From Nitrospira sp. (GTDB lineage Bacteria > Nitrospirota > Nitrospiria > Nitrospirales > Nitrospiraceae): a stretch of 64,000 nucleotides of DNA. The stretch is taken from NCBI GenBank assembly GCA_040081095.1, contig JBEBHO010000124.1, positions 4,641 through 68,640 on the forward strand. Reading direction: 5' to 3'. The notes under the pieces are model-generated. The model was not told the origin of the DNA, ran no database searches, and saw nothing but the letters and a program-made list of their open reading frames with translations. The position numbers and the translations under genes were made by a program. The first letter of the stretch is position 1; the number at the start of each line of letters is the position of its first letter. Positions 38,114-48,603 of this stretch are shown in pieces.

Positions 38114-39250
38114 CTAAACCGGCTCTCTCAACATTATCTCATCATAGATAGCTTGCAGCTTACGCGTCCGGGCTTGAAAGTCGAAATTCGTTCTCACCAT
38201 CTCTTTTCCTTCCATCGCCATACGCTTCCACGACTCGGGGAAAGAGAGAAACTCAAGAATGCCTGCTGCAAGCTCATTCGGAGAATGGGCTGAAACAAGA
38301 CGTCCGGTCTTTCCATCCGTGATCACCTCCGGAGTCCCGCCGACCCTAGTCGCCAGAACGGGCACCTCCATGAGCAATGCCTCTAACGCCGCATTGGGGA
38401 GCCCCTCCGTATGAGACGGGAGCACCATTAGATCTATCTCTTCGAGCAATCGCTGCGGCTCCTGAATATACCCCGGCATATGAACCACCTCTTGAAGTCC
38501 AAGAGTCTTGACCTTCTGAAGCAACGTGGGACGTTCCAGGCCGTCGCCGATCAGTATAAGAGAGACCTTATGCCCACGGCGGATCACCTGATCCACTGCA
38601 TCGATAAGATCCGCATGGCCCTTCTCAACACTCAGCCGTCCCAGAGTGGCAATCACCGGTCCGCCAATCGGACGTCTAATGATCTCCGCCAACAATCCGC
38701 GCCGTCCGGTGCGCTGATACCGTTCTAACACGATCGCATTATGAAGCATATGAAGCTTTGCACGAGGCACCCCGACGGCAAGCAACTCCCTTTCAATCTG
38801 ACGCGAGACGGCAATAACCCGATCAAACCCTCGCACAACGCGCTTATCCAGCCTGACAAATAGTCGATCTTTGAGAGAGTTGGTAATCCAACCATGCAGC
38901 GTCGACACGATTGGAACCGGATAAAACCGAGCCACAAAATAGGCAATGACGTCCGACTTCACTTCATGCGCGTGCACAATATCGACTTGCAGCGCCTTCA
39001 CAAGATCGATCACCCGACCAATCATACGCAGATCGTAGGCATGTCCCCCACGAATGAAGTGAAGTGGCATATCAAGTCGCCTGGCCTCAGCGATGAATGG
39101 CGAATCCTCCGACTCCCCATGTCTCAGAAACACGCCAAGATGCAATTGGAACCGCCCACGATCGATGGCCCGGTGAGTTTCCAGGATCGTCTTGCCAGGC
39201 CCCCCGATTTCATGGGTATCTCGTAAATGTAAGATTGAGAGTGGTTTCAT
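38114..39250 (-). CDS. GT4 glycosyltransferase
   Basis: GGP, HAH, GRLSVEKG, PSHTEGLPNAALEA, TRVGGTPEVI. Confidence 0.93.
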   Translation of the reverse strand: MKPLSILHLRDTHEIGGPGKTILETHRAIDRGRFQLHLGVFLRHGESEDSPFIAEARRLDMPLHFIRGGHAYDLRMIGRVIDLVKALQVDIVHAHEVKSDVIAYFVARFYPVPIVSTLHGWITNSLKDRLFVRLDKRVVRGFDRVIAVSRQIERELLAVGVPRAKLHMLHNAIVLERYQRTGRRGLLAEIIRRPIGGPVIATLGRLSVEKGHADLIDAVDQVIRRGHKVSLILIGDGLERPTLLQKVKTLGLQEVVHMPGYIQEPQRLLEEIDLMVLPSHTEGLPNAALEALLMEVPVLATRVGGTPEVITDGKTGRLVSAHSPNELAAGILEFLSFPESWKRMAMEGKEMVRTNFDFQARTRKLQAIYDEIMLREPV

Positions 39251-39353
39251 TGCCTCATTAGCGCTGTCATATTCATCTCCTATTCCAGCAGCCAGAAATC
39301 TCCTCTACGTGAAGACACATGCCAAGATGCCCCTTATCATGCCCTGCGTACAG

Positions 39354-40148
39354 TTATAGAGAAAGCTTGACCGGTACTAACTGTGAACAGATTGCAGCCA
39401 TTTCTTTATTCTGTAGGATCCGAAATGCAGTAGGGAGATAGGCCGCGCTTCCGGCATGGTGAAACACTGAGGCAGGATCAAATATTCCCGATAGAAGCAA
39501 AACGCCCTTGCGGTGAACGTTATTATAGAAATCAACAGTGAGTGGCTGGCGAGTCCGCCCCGCAAGCATGACTCGTCCCCATTGAGGCGCCACTTCCAGG
39601 AGCAGATCTATGGTTTCCGGGCGCCCGCTCAGATCAACGGCTGCGAATCCCGGTTTATCCTGAATTCGCTTTCGGAGTTGGCGCAGAGCCTCTTCCTGAT
39701 CGGACATCAGCTGCTGTTCCTCCATAGACAGAGACGCCCTTCCAGAATCGATGCCCAATCGGATGACGGGACATCCTCCCCGCCAGATCGCAACCTGTCC
39801 CACTAGATCCGTAAAACAATCACCTTCTGTATAGACTGCAGCTTCGCCAAGTTCCAACTGAAGACGATCCCATACGTACAATGCCATCGCAAGCGGCAAG
39901 GCCCGCAACGCCTCGTCACTCCCCAATGAATTCGGCACCGGAATGCATTGGCTTTCATACAATGCTACCTGAGCGGACTGTGGCGCATCGACCACGGCCA
40001 GAACATGTGACGCTCCATTTATCCTGTGATTCCCTGCGCATGCTCCCAGCACACGCGCAACTCCATAGACAGGCAGTTCAGCACCTATGGCATCAAGGGA
40101 GCGAGACGTTCGCTCAACAATCGCTTCGATAGTATATGTTTCCATCAC
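39354..40148 (-). CDS. Degenerate MDR (zinc-type alcohol dehydrogenase-like) protein
   Basis: C-half resembles 41261-42385 (WGRVMLAG...DFYNNVHRKGVLL vs GGRVILLG...DIWGLAQKRNLTI) but lacks the GxGxxG motif. Confidence 0.6.
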   Translation of the reverse strand: MMETYTIEAIVERTSRSLDAIGAELPVYGVARVLGACAGNHRINGASHVLAVVDAPQSAQVALYESQCIPVPNSLGSDEALRALPLAMALYVWDRLQLELGEAAVYTEGDCFTDLVGQVAIWRGGCPVIRLGIDSGRASLSMEEQQLMSDQEEALRQLRKRIQDKPGFAAVDLSGRPETIDLLLEVAPQWGRVMLAGRTRQPLTVDFYNNVHRKGVLLLSGIFDPASVFHHAGSAAYLPTAFRILQNKEMAAICSQLVPVKLSL

Positions 40149-41243
40149 TTAGGCTCCCGGCGTCTCATCGTAGGGGAAAGGAGCAACTTCCATCGGCACC
40201 CCCTTCTCCATCGAATGGTAGGCGGCGGAGATCAGCGCGAGATTGTCCCACCCTTCACGGCCAGAGATGTCCGGTCGTGTCCCCTGGCGCACTGTGGCGG
40301 CGAATCCTTTGACCCATTCTGCTGTCCAGCTCACGTTTGGAAATTTAGCATATCGAGTCATCTTGCCTGGCTTCTTGCCGTCGATGGGCCTCGTCGAATA
40401 CACCGAGAGTCCTTCCGCATTGAGTATCATCGTCCCTTTCGTCCCCCAAATCCGCTCTTCGGACTGATCAGCTCCCCGCATGATCGAACTTGCGCTGATG
40501 GAGGCGATGCCTCCGTTGCTCAATCTCGACGTCACACTAATGATATCTTCGACCTCTGCGGGCGAACCCAGCGTCGCGTACTCGCTATAGACCCGATTGC
40601 ACTTCAGTCCGGTGACAAAATAGATATAGTCGATGACATGGCACACATTCATAATTAAGAAGCCCCCACCGCATTTCTCTTTCGACGCCCTCCAATCATC
40701 GGGAGAATTGCTCCGAGCGCCGCTCCAATAGCCCCGGTCTTTGAATTGATGCGAGATGATTTGTACCCCTGTAATATCACCGAGCGCTCCTTCAGCGATC
40801 AGCTGCTTGGCTTTTTGAATCTTTGGCAAGTATCGGAAACTATAGTTAACCGTGAGTTGGACACCGTTCTTTTCACAACACGTCAACATCTCCCTGGCTT
40901 CGTCGAGTGTGTTGGCCATCGGCTTCTCGACCAACACGTGCTTTCCGCAAGAGGCGGCTTCCACCGTCATGCTTTTATGCAGGTGATGCGGGACAGAAAG
41001 CAGGACCGCCTCCACATCCGAATTCGCAAGCAGCGACTCATAGCTCGTGAAAAATGGCACAGAAAGTGCCTTGGCCATGTCTCTCGCCACTTTATGGTTA
41101 AGATCGAAAACGCCCACGATCTTCGCCGATCCGGACGCTGCGGCTTCCGTTGCGTTCCGCTGTGCAATCGCGCCCGCGCCAACAATGCCGATTCTTAATG
41201 CTTCCATTCGCTCCTCCCGCGTGATACCCAAAAGAGAGATCAC
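40149..41243 (-). CDS. Gfo/Idh/MocA family oxidoreductase
   Basis: VGAGAIA, VPHHLH, GKHVLVEKPMA, GGGFLIMNVCHVID. Confidence 0.92.
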   Translation of the reverse strand: MISLLGITREERMEALRIGIVGAGAIAQRNATEAAASGSAKIVGVFDLNHKVARDMAKALSVPFFTSYESLLANSDVEAVLLSVPHHLHKSMTVEAASCGKHVLVEKPMANTLDEAREMLTCCEKNGVQLTVNYSFRYLPKIQKAKQLIAEGALGDITGVQIISHQFKDRGYWSGARSNSPDDWRASKEKCGGGFLIMNVCHVIDYIYFVTGLKCNRVYSEYATLGSPAEVEDIISVTSRLSNGGIASISASSIMRGADQSEERIWGTKGTMILNAEGLSVYSTRPIDGKKPGKMTRYAKFPNVSWTAEWVKGFAATVRQGTRPDISGREGWDNLALISAAYHSMEKGVPMEVAPFPYDETPGA

Positions 41244-41260
41244 TTATTCCATAGTGATAG

Positions 41261-42385
41261 TCATGCCACTACCTTTTCAGCCTTCCAGTTAAACGTAATC
41301 CCGACATGGTTACGCCCGCCCTCGGCCAGCACTTCATAGACTGCATTACATTCGTCCGGCTTGGCTCGCCAGGTAATAAGATCGGCCACTTTCAACCGGC
41401 TGGTATTCAGCAACTCGAGAAACAAATTGCCCTCCTGCTCATAGGTCCAGCGCTTCGGGCTCGCATCCTTATCCGGCATGTCGCTAATATGTGCTCCAAG
41501 AATCGTCAGATTTCTTTTCTGGGCCAAACCCCAGATGTCTAAATCCCGCGTCAAACCGCGTGAGCTTCCAAGCAGAATGACTCGCCCGCCTTCACGGGCG
41601 CAGTTCATCGCCACCGCATTGGCTTGAGGAGTGCCGACTGCCTCGATCACCACATCGGCGGCAATGCTATGCACGCAAGCTGGATTTTCCACAAGTGACA
41701 GATACTCATCAACTCCACCCGGGAGCCTCGCGAGCCGTTCTCGGTTTCGGCTTGGCGCAACAGCAATAATGGAAGCGGGCGTAAGGAGACGGACCAACCG
41801 GTTAGACAATTGCCCGATTAATCCCTGACCGACGACCGCAACAGTCTCTCCCGGCTTGATTGCAGCCTTTCGAATCCCCTGAAGCACAATAATGCCCAGT
41901 TCAATGAAACTGGCCTCTTCAGTTGAAACGCCCGACGGCACTTTGAAGAGTTTGTTGGCCACAGACGTCTCGTGGCTCGTGTGATGAATACGTCCTGTGA
42001 CGCGCTCGCCGAGCTCCAGTCCCGTAACCGCACTCCCTTTTTTCACGACTCTCCCCACGGTGGAATAGCCGGGAAGGTAGGGGAAGCTGCGCCGGGCGCC
42101 GGGAAGCCCACAGAGCACGGCTCTCTCGGTTCCCGGACTGACAAGACTACACTCAGCCTCAACTAGCACCTCATCCGGCGCCGGGCCGAGAATTTCACAC
42201 GGAACGAGGTGTGCGATTTCGAAATCAAGAAATTCGACACGCATAGCACGGACTATTTGCCGTCGCTTAGCCACCGCTTCGATTCGCAGGACAGTTCTGG
42301 TAAACACATCCTTCAGCGTAGGCCTCAGTGCTACTGGAATCCTCATGTATACGGACAGCAGTATCTTGATGAGCCAATTAGGCAT
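41261..42385 (-). CDS. MDR-family dehydrogenase (SPGTE subtype)
   Basis: SLVSPGTE, PGYSTVGRV, GQGLIG, DVVIEAVG. Confidence 0.88.
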   Translation of the reverse strand: MPNWLIKILLSVYMRIPVALRPTLKDVFTRTVLRIEAVAKRRQIVRAMRVEFLDFEIAHLVPCEILGPAPDEVLVEAECSLVSPGTERAVLCGLPGARRSFPYLPGYSTVGRVVKKGSAVTGLELGERVTGRIHHTSHETSVANKLFKVPSGVSTEEASFIELGIIVLQGIRKAAIKPGETVAVVGQGLIGQLSNRLVRLLTPASIIAVAPSRNRERLARLPGGVDEYLSLVENPACVHSIAADVVIEAVGTPQANAVAMNCAREGGRVILLGSSRGLTRDLDIWGLAQKRNLTILGAHISDMPDKDASPKRWTYEQEGNLFLELLNTSRLKVADLITWRAKPDECNAVYEVLAEGGRNHVGITFNWKAEKVVA

Positions 42386-42472
42386 TGTCGATCACACTCC
42401 AGTTCTTGATTGCGCAGAGACTTCGACAGGCTTCAGGGCAGTTGCCCGCCAGCCGGCCTGTCACCTGCAATT

Positions 42473-43915
42473 CTAGGTTGTAGAAAAGAGGACTCTCTTC
42501 ACCTCGGAAACTACAACCTTGTCGAATATAAAAACGGCCGCCGCATAGCAGATGACCGTTACCAGTATTCCGCCTATCACATGACCGAGAGCCATGACAC
42601 CGACGTTGAAACGAAACGCCCAATAAATGGCCGGTATAAGCACCACCGACATACACAACGGAAGGCTCAGCGCTCTGACAAATTCGCCGAACGAAATGGC
42701 CAGGTACTCCGCTACTTTAGCAACCTCAAGAACAAGTACGATGCCGTTGGCTGCGGCAATTAAACCGCATATCCCAGGTAAACCAAGCCACATCAGTGCC
42801 GGAATTCCCAAGACACCAATTAGCGCAAGCCGCACAATGACGAAGAACTGCATCAAATCAGGGCGGCCCGTCGCTTTGAACATTTCGTAGATCACCACGC
42901 TCAGAGACCGGAATAGCCCATAAACAGCCAGGATCTGGAGCGGAATGCATGCTGCGGACCATTTGTCTCCATAGAAGGCCTCTATTGCATCGGGACCGTA
43001 CATCGCGATTCCAATCGCCATGGGAAATGTGATGCCCGCTGTATAATAGATCGTCTTTAGGAACGATTCCCTCAATACTGACACTTCCCTGTTCATTCTT
43101 GAAAATACTGGAAACATCAATCTACAGACAATGTGACCGAACTGAGTAATCGGCAGGTTGGCGATTTGGGACGCCATGGCATAGGCTCCAAGCGCCCCAA
43201 CCCCTAGAAACTTGCTGATGAAAAACTTATCGATGTTGTACACCGCAACCATCATCACCGACGACCCAATGATATGCCGGCCGTACTTAAGGAGATCCTG
43301 TGCGATCTTCCGATCAAACTGAAACGCGGGGCGATAGGATGTATAGGGCCAAATCAGCGCCATCCCCCCAATTGAGACGATCAACGAACGCACAACCAAA
43401 CTCCATACGCCGAATCCCTGATAGGCCATTGCGATACCAACGATAGAGCCGATCCCCAGAGGCACCATGTCAGGCACAACCAGTTTTTGAAAAGACATCT
43501 CCTTATTGATCAAGGCATCCGGCACCGCCCGTAGCGAACTCCAAATCAAGCTCGAAGCCATAATGGCAATGATCGGCACAACGGCGGAATTATCGAAAAA
43601 CCGACCTGCTAGAGGAGACACAATGACTGCGCATAAAAAGACACAGATGTTTAGCCCGACAACCAGAAAAAACATCGTGTGGCTTGCCCGTTCAATATCA
43701 TCCTGTCTATAGATGAGCGCCTGACCTAATCCTAAGTCCTTGAATATCCTTAGCGTCTCAATCACCATCCCTGCGACAGCCACCAAACCGAAGTCTTCTG
43801 GAGTAAGCAATTTCGCTAAAATCAGCGTGGTGAGGAAGGCAAGAACGTCACTCGAGTATTTGACCAAAGCCACCCATCCAAACCCACCAATGATTTTCTT
43901 CGATCCACTCGTCAT
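42473..43915 (-). CDS. wzx: Polysaccharide flippase (WzxC/PST type)
   Basis: ILAKLLTPEDFGLVA, DLGLGQALI, GFGVWSLV, NIDKFFISKFLG...LGAY, MFPVFS, YGDKW; many TM segments. Confidence 0.92.
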   Translation of the reverse strand: MTSGSKKIIGGFGWVALVKYSSDVLAFLTTLILAKLLTPEDFGLVAVAGMVIETLRIFKDLGLGQALIYRQDDIERASHTMFFLVVGLNICVFLCAVIVSPLAGRFFDNSAVVPIIAIMASSLIWSSLRAVPDALINKEMSFQKLVVPDMVPLGIGSIVGIAMAYQGFGVWSLVVRSLIVSIGGMALIWPYTSYRPAFQFDRKIAQDLLKYGRHIIGSSVMMVAVYNIDKFFISKFLGVGALGAYAMASQIANLPITQFGHIVCRLMFPVFSRMNREVSVLRESFLKTIYYTAGITFPMAIGIAMYGPDAIEAFYGDKWSAACIPLQILAVYGLFRSLSVVIYEMFKATGRPDLMQFFVIVRLALIGVLGIPALMWLGLPGICGLIAAANGIVLVLEVAKVAEYLAISFGEFVRALSLPLCMSVVLIPAIYWAFRFNVGVMALGHVIGGILVTVICYAAAVFIFDKVVVSEVKRVLFSTT

Positions 43916-43952
43916 GCGACTGGCAATCCTTGTCGTTCCATAGGATGGAGCA

Positions 43953-45182
43953 TTATCTCTCATGCAGAACGGTACGATACACCTGCTCGGTAGCCTCGAC
44001 ATTTGACTCAATCATGAAGTGCTTCCGAATACGCTCTTGGGCCTGGGCGCCAAGACGAGCTCGCAAATCAGCATTGCATAGGAGCGCGTTAATCTGCTCC
44101 GCCAACATGATGGGATCATTAGGGGGAACGAGTATGCCGGACACCCCATCTTCAATCGCTTCAGGCGTTCCGCCGGTACGGGTAGCAATCATTGCCCTTC
44201 CCAGCGTCATCCCCTCAAGTACCGAGCGGCTGAATGGCTCCGGATCAATAGCCGTATGCGCCATGATATCGAATATCTGAATAAACTCAGCGATACGGGG
44301 TTGATAATCGATGAGGGTCACCTGCGACTCAAGGTGATGCGCGCGAATGAAGCTGAGAATCTCATCACGATAGGCCCGATCAGCTTCGTGTTGATCGGAC
44401 ACGCCTCCGATGATCAAACAGCGCGCATTCGGATGCTTGTCTCGCACCTCGACCATTGCCTTCACGAGGACAAGCTGTCCCTTCCACCCCCTGATCATTC
44501 CTGCTACACCGATAATAAGACTATCCGCTGGAAGGCCCAGCGCTTCCCTTACTTGCTCCGGACTTCTTGCGATCCCAGCTAGAAATTCATCCGGGGCAAT
44601 CCCATTGTGAATCGTGGTGCATTTTTCAGCAGAGATCCCCTGCCGCACCAGATTAAATCTCGCCGCGTCCGAGACACAGATAACGTGGTCAACCAGAAGG
44701 GCTAGCCATTTCACTGATCTGGGCAGCGTTCCAATTCCGCGTTGATGCACCACCGTCTTAGCCCCGAGCAACTTGCTCGCGAGTAGCAGTTCCGGTGAAG
44801 TAAGCATCCCATTATTCAGATGAGCGACATGAATTCGTTCCTTTATTAGCAGCACGATGTACCCGAGAAATATACGTAGTGTCCCGAAAAAAAAGTTCAA
44901 ACATTTCTGTAGCACAATGAGCAACCAGCGTAGAGGAAAGAGAGCCAGACTCGAGGCCAAGGGCTTCCAATCAACGAGCCTAACAATGGGCGGATAGGTC
45001 AAGAGCATCACCGCACAACCAGACTTGCGGTACTCGTCAATCAGATGATGTTCGCGGTAAAATGCCGCGACCGGATGGTAGCGAGACTTATCCAACAATC
45101 GAACCAGATAGAGTAGAGAGCGATAAGATCCCCCAATGGTCCCATCGACATTGCGCTCAAGATATAGGATATTGCGAGCCAT
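43953..45182 (-). CDS. GT4 glycosyltransferase
   Basis: GGS, HNGI, WKGQ, EPFSRSVLEGM, GGTPEAI. Confidence 0.92.
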   Translation of the reverse strand: MARNILYLERNVDGTIGGSYRSLLYLVRLLDKSRYHPVAAFYREHHLIDEYRKSGCAVMLLTYPPIVRLVDWKPLASSLALFPLRWLLIVLQKCLNFFFGTLRIFLGYIVLLIKERIHVAHLNNGMLTSPELLLASKLLGAKTVVHQRGIGTLPRSVKWLALLVDHVICVSDAARFNLVRQGISAEKCTTIHNGIAPDEFLAGIARSPEQVREALGLPADSLIIGVAGMIRGWKGQLVLVKAMVEVRDKHPNARCLIIGGVSDQHEADRAYRDEILSFIRAHHLESQVTLIDYQPRIAEFIQIFDIMAHTAIDPEPFSRSVLEGMTLGRAMIATRTGGTPEAIEDGVSGILVPPNDPIMLAEQINALLCNADLRARLGAQAQERIRKHFMIESNVEATEQVYRTVLHER

Positions 45183-45399
45183 TTAGTCCGCTGTCCTTGA
45201 CGCACACATTCCACGCCAACCACTTGCCGCTTTAATCAATAAAATACGAGTACTGTGCAGGAATCTACCATCCGCCGTACAAAAACAATAACCGCTGAAC
45301 ACGGAACGCATTCTAGTTGATTGTCTACGAATGCGCGAACAAGACCACTATCTCACGGACTCGAATGCTACCATCCACCAGTGTGCAGGTCTAACCTTT

Positions 45400-46050
45400 T
45401 TAAGCTTCCGACATACCACCATCTCGCCGACTAATCACCCGTGCAGGAACACCCACCGCTATGGAAAAAGGAGGAATACTCTTTGTAACAACGCTGCCGG
45501 CGCCAACGACGGACCCATCACCAATGACCACCCCGTCAAGAATCTTCACACCGCTACCGATCCATACATCATTCCCGATCTTTATTCCGAGCGCTGTCTC
45601 ACCTTGCGTCCAGATTGGAACATGCGGATCCTTGAACACATGATTCATCGGGCTCACGACGGTATGCGCCGCAATTCTGGTGTTATCTCCTATCTCTAGC
45701 CCTCCCACACCATAGAGGAGGCACCCGTACTGGACGGTGCAATTCTTTCCGATTTTCACAAAGCCCTGCTGCGGAATAATTTTCGCATAGGGCATAATCT
45801 GTGAATTGCTACCCACGTCAATGCTAGGCGAAAAGTGAGAACGGCTGGACTTAAAGTTAAGCATCGCATGTTCATAGATCGTGGAGTTTTCCCCGAGCTT
45901 TATCTTATCCGGATAGAATATGAAAGACCGTCGTGAGACGTAGCAATCGTATTTGAAGCGCAAATACATCTTAGCCCACAATGACGCGGGCCTATCGATT
46001 GACCACCAATAGCCAATTTGGCGAAGCACTCTGTGCACCAGCATCAACAT
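45400..46050 (-). CDS. Hexapeptide-repeat (LbH) O-acyltransferase
   Basis: IGKNCTV, IGDNTRI, IGNDVWIG, VVGAGSVVTKSIP, GVPAR. Confidence 0.92.
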   Translation of the reverse strand: MLMLVHRVLRQIGYWWSIDRPASLWAKMYLRFKYDCYVSRRSFIFYPDKIKLGENSTIYEHAMLNFKSSRSHFSPSIDVGSNSQIMPYAKIIPQQGFVKIGKNCTVQYGCLLYGVGGLEIGDNTRIAAHTVVSPMNHVFKDPHVPIWTQGETALGIKIGNDVWIGSGVKILDGVVIGDGSVVGAGSVVTKSIPPFSIAVGVPARVISRRDGGMSEA

Positions 46051-46179
46051 CGCGCGACCACTCCCACGTATAAAATGCATCGGAAAAACATCGTGTATCG
46101 ATTTCCCATTTTCGCTCGCCCGCGAACGTCAAAGTTTGCACGCGACCAACTGGCGTGCCCACTCGCACGTGCCAATTCA

Positions 46180-46767
46180 TCAATGATCAGCGAGCCCCTC
46201 GCGTCTAATGAGCAATCCCTCAATGCATCTACTAATCCTTTGGAAACATTCGTCAAATGCGCTAGGTGGACATCCATATGGGTCTTGAATATTGAAGGCA
46301 GCGTAGCCACTGTAGGTAGTCGGCCCTTTCGAACCCAGCAACGGAAGAAGAAATAGTTTCTCACGTTGCTGCCCAAAGGAAGATTGGAGCGCTATATATT
46401 GCCAGACTTCCATGGCGATGATCATATCGTAGGACTTCACGAGATCCAGCGAAATTGATTGAGAGCGATGATTCTCAAGATGGATGCCAAATGGTTTCAC
46501 GCATTGGATCGCATCGTTCGGAGACGATATCGGCAGGGGAACATCTAACCCCGCTGACCCAAACTTCATTCTTGAAACAAGGCCTTTATCCTGGATTTTC
46601 GACGCGAGATGTTCAGCAAAAACGCTTCGACAGATGCTCCCTTTGCAGACAAACAGGATAGATCTCGGATTGACTGGAATAGGAGGCATACGGATACCTG
46701 CCCCCCGAAACATCCAATAGATATCGACAAATATTCCCTTAAGCAGTCTTGCTGCTGATCGCATCAA
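46180..46767 (-). CDS. Low-molecular-weight protein-tyrosine phosphatase family (Wzb-like)
   Basis: ILFVCKGSICRS P-loop, SAG, DPYG. Confidence 0.85.
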   Translation of the reverse strand: MMRSAARLLKGIFVDIYWMFRGAGIRMPPIPVNPRSILFVCKGSICRSVFAEHLASKIQDKGLVSRMKFGSAGLDVPLPISSPNDAIQCVKPFGIHLENHRSQSISLDLVKSYDMIIAMEVWQYIALQSSFGQQREKLFLLPLLGSKGPTTYSGYAAFNIQDPYGCPPSAFDECFQRISRCIEGLLIRREGLADH

Positions 46768-47758
46768 GGTCCTCCAACTCAGGCCTAGCAGACGGTTCTA
46801 ACTGTCCACCACTAAGGCAACGGAGCCATCTGCTGCACTGGTCCAACATGTCCTCTTCCCACTCACGGAATGAAAAGATGTGGTTCGCATCTTTTGTCAC
46901 ATGGATCTCGTACCAAGAGGCGTACGATTCTAACTCAGCACGATTCCGCTCCACGAATTTCTTCTCGAACTCGTAGTAGAGTCGATCCATTCCGGCAAAT
47001 ACCAAATACACGTACCGCGACGTGGAAACCATCTGGCGAAAAGCAGGGGCAAAATAGGGATTCGTATTGTCCACCTCTTCGCTTGGACTGGAGACAGGAG
47101 ACGCCTGCCTTGCGGGCTTGAATCGTGCAAGAACCGGCTTGAGCAACAAACGCGCAATCAGCCTGTAGTCGCTTTGAAAGGTCACAAAACGGGCCCACGA
47201 GCGCCAGGCCTCAAGGGTCCACAACTTCCGAATGTAATCCTCACGCATGCCCTTCGACTGTACATCGGTCATATATTTCGTAAAGTCGATGCGGGACCCG
47301 TCAATGATGACCGGGATTGCCAACCCAAGCAGACAAATGACTCGTGGATCTCGTGCCCCGGCAAAGAGCCCGGTGATCGCACCGCCGCACAATCCTGAAA
47401 CGATAAACTGCGATGTTCCATAGGTCTGCTGCATCCAATCCATTGCGGCGATCGTATCATCGATGTAGCGGCCCACCTGGATCGCCCCATAGAGATCGGC
47501 TAAATACTCCTCGTGCACTTCCCCTTCTGAATCGCCCAGGCCGTAGAAGTCGAATCGTAGAACCGGGTATCCGAGCGACACGAACCGCTCGGTCATCTTC
47601 ACATACAGCCGGTGGGGAGCGACCCTCATCTTCACCCCCGGCGATAAGAGAATAATTGCAACGCCGGACTTGCAGGGGTCCGCAGGCTGGTGAAACATCC
47701 CGAACAGGCGGGCACCTGCCTTATTACAGAAGGTCACCGGAGTCACGTCACGGATCAT
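46739..47758 (-). CDS. Alpha/beta hydrolase, exosortase-A-associated hydrolase 1 type
   Basis: RVAPHR, LRFDFYGLGDSEG, nucleophile elbow GLCGG, DANHIFS; ATGA-coupled to the upstream gene. Confidence 0.82.
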   Translation of the reverse strand: MIRDVTPVTFCNKAGARLFGMFHQPADPCKSGVAIILLSPGVKMRVAPHRLYVKMTERFVSLGYPVLRFDFYGLGDSEGEVHEEYLADLYGAIQVGRYIDDTIAAMDWMQQTYGTSQFIVSGLCGGAITGLFAGARDPRVICLLGLAIPVIIDGSRIDFTKYMTDVQSKGMREDYIRKLWTLEAWRSWARFVTFQSDYRLIARLLLKPVLARFKPARQASPVSSPSEEVDNTNPYFAPAFRQMVSTSRYVYLVFAGMDRLYYEFEKKFVERNRAELESYASWYEIHVTKDANHIFSFREWEEDMLDQCSRWLRCLSGGQLEPSARPELEDLDAISSKTA

Positions 47759-48603
47759 CGTCCCTCCACCCACGCTGATGTCGTCTCAAACAGATTCGGA
47801 GCAGTTCTATACCACTGTTTAATTTCTTTCCAAAACGGCTCCTCCACCACTTCGCGAATATCGGCAGACCGATACGTCGCTTGTAACGCCTTCACCTCAG
47901 AGCGAATAGGTTGGCCCGCCCTACCCATCTGTACAATCAAGCAGGGCCCCGCAAACCGCTTCCCCCCCTCGTTGAGCTTCACAGCCGAGGCTTGCTCGTA
48001 GCAGGGATAGGCAATCTCATACCCATCCACGTTCACCGTACGACCCTCCTCCCGCATCATCCTGACCAGAGCTTCGCGGTTGTGGCGAATCTCCTTATAT
48101 ATCGCCGTTTGTGTCGTCAAGTTTACGCGAAGCAATTCCTGCATATACTTCCCGCCATCGACAATCGGCTCCCATAAGACGAGCTTGCCGACAGTCGAGT
48201 ACTGCTCAGCCGCAAGCGCGGCCAGGGTCGCACCAAACCGCAGCCCCAGCAATCCCACGCTCAGCGCCGTCCCGCTCGACCGCTCTAACATCTTAATGGC
48301 GCACCCGATATCGGATAGCATCGTATCCACTGATGAGTCTGAAAATTCTCCCTGACTATCACCGTTTCCCATTGCGTCGAAACGAAGCACCCGTGCGCCG
48401 CGAGCAGCGAGCATTCTCGCAAACGACACGTACACCCGTTGCGCCCATAACTTCTCTTCGGCAAATGGATGACAAAACACCCAACCCCATCCCGACGGGG
48501 CTGCTGCCGGCTCATGCAAGACGCCAAAGAGCCGATACGCTCCATTCTCGAAAAACATCGGAGTCTCAATCGCTGAGGCCTTTATCTCTGGGAGGGTGTC
48601 CAC
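47755..48603 (-). CDS. Alpha/beta hydrolase, exosortase-A-associated hydrolase 2 type
   Basis: HPFAEE, GNGDSQGEF, GLRFGATLA, LWEPIVDG, EPFW. Confidence 0.85.
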   Translation of the reverse strand: MDTLPEIKASAIETPMFFENGAYRLFGVLHEPAAAPSGWGWVFCHPFAEEKLWAQRVYVSFARMLAARGARVLRFDAMGNGDSQGEFSDSSVDTMLSDIGCAIKMLERSSGTALSVGLLGLRFGATLAALAAEQYSTVGKLVLWEPIVDGGKYMQELLRVNLTTQTAIYKEIRHNREALVRMMREEGRTVNVDGYEIAYPCYEQASAVKLNEGGKRFAGPCLIVQMGRAGQPIRSEVKALQATYRSADIREVVEEPFWKEIKQWYRTAPNLFETTSAWVEGR

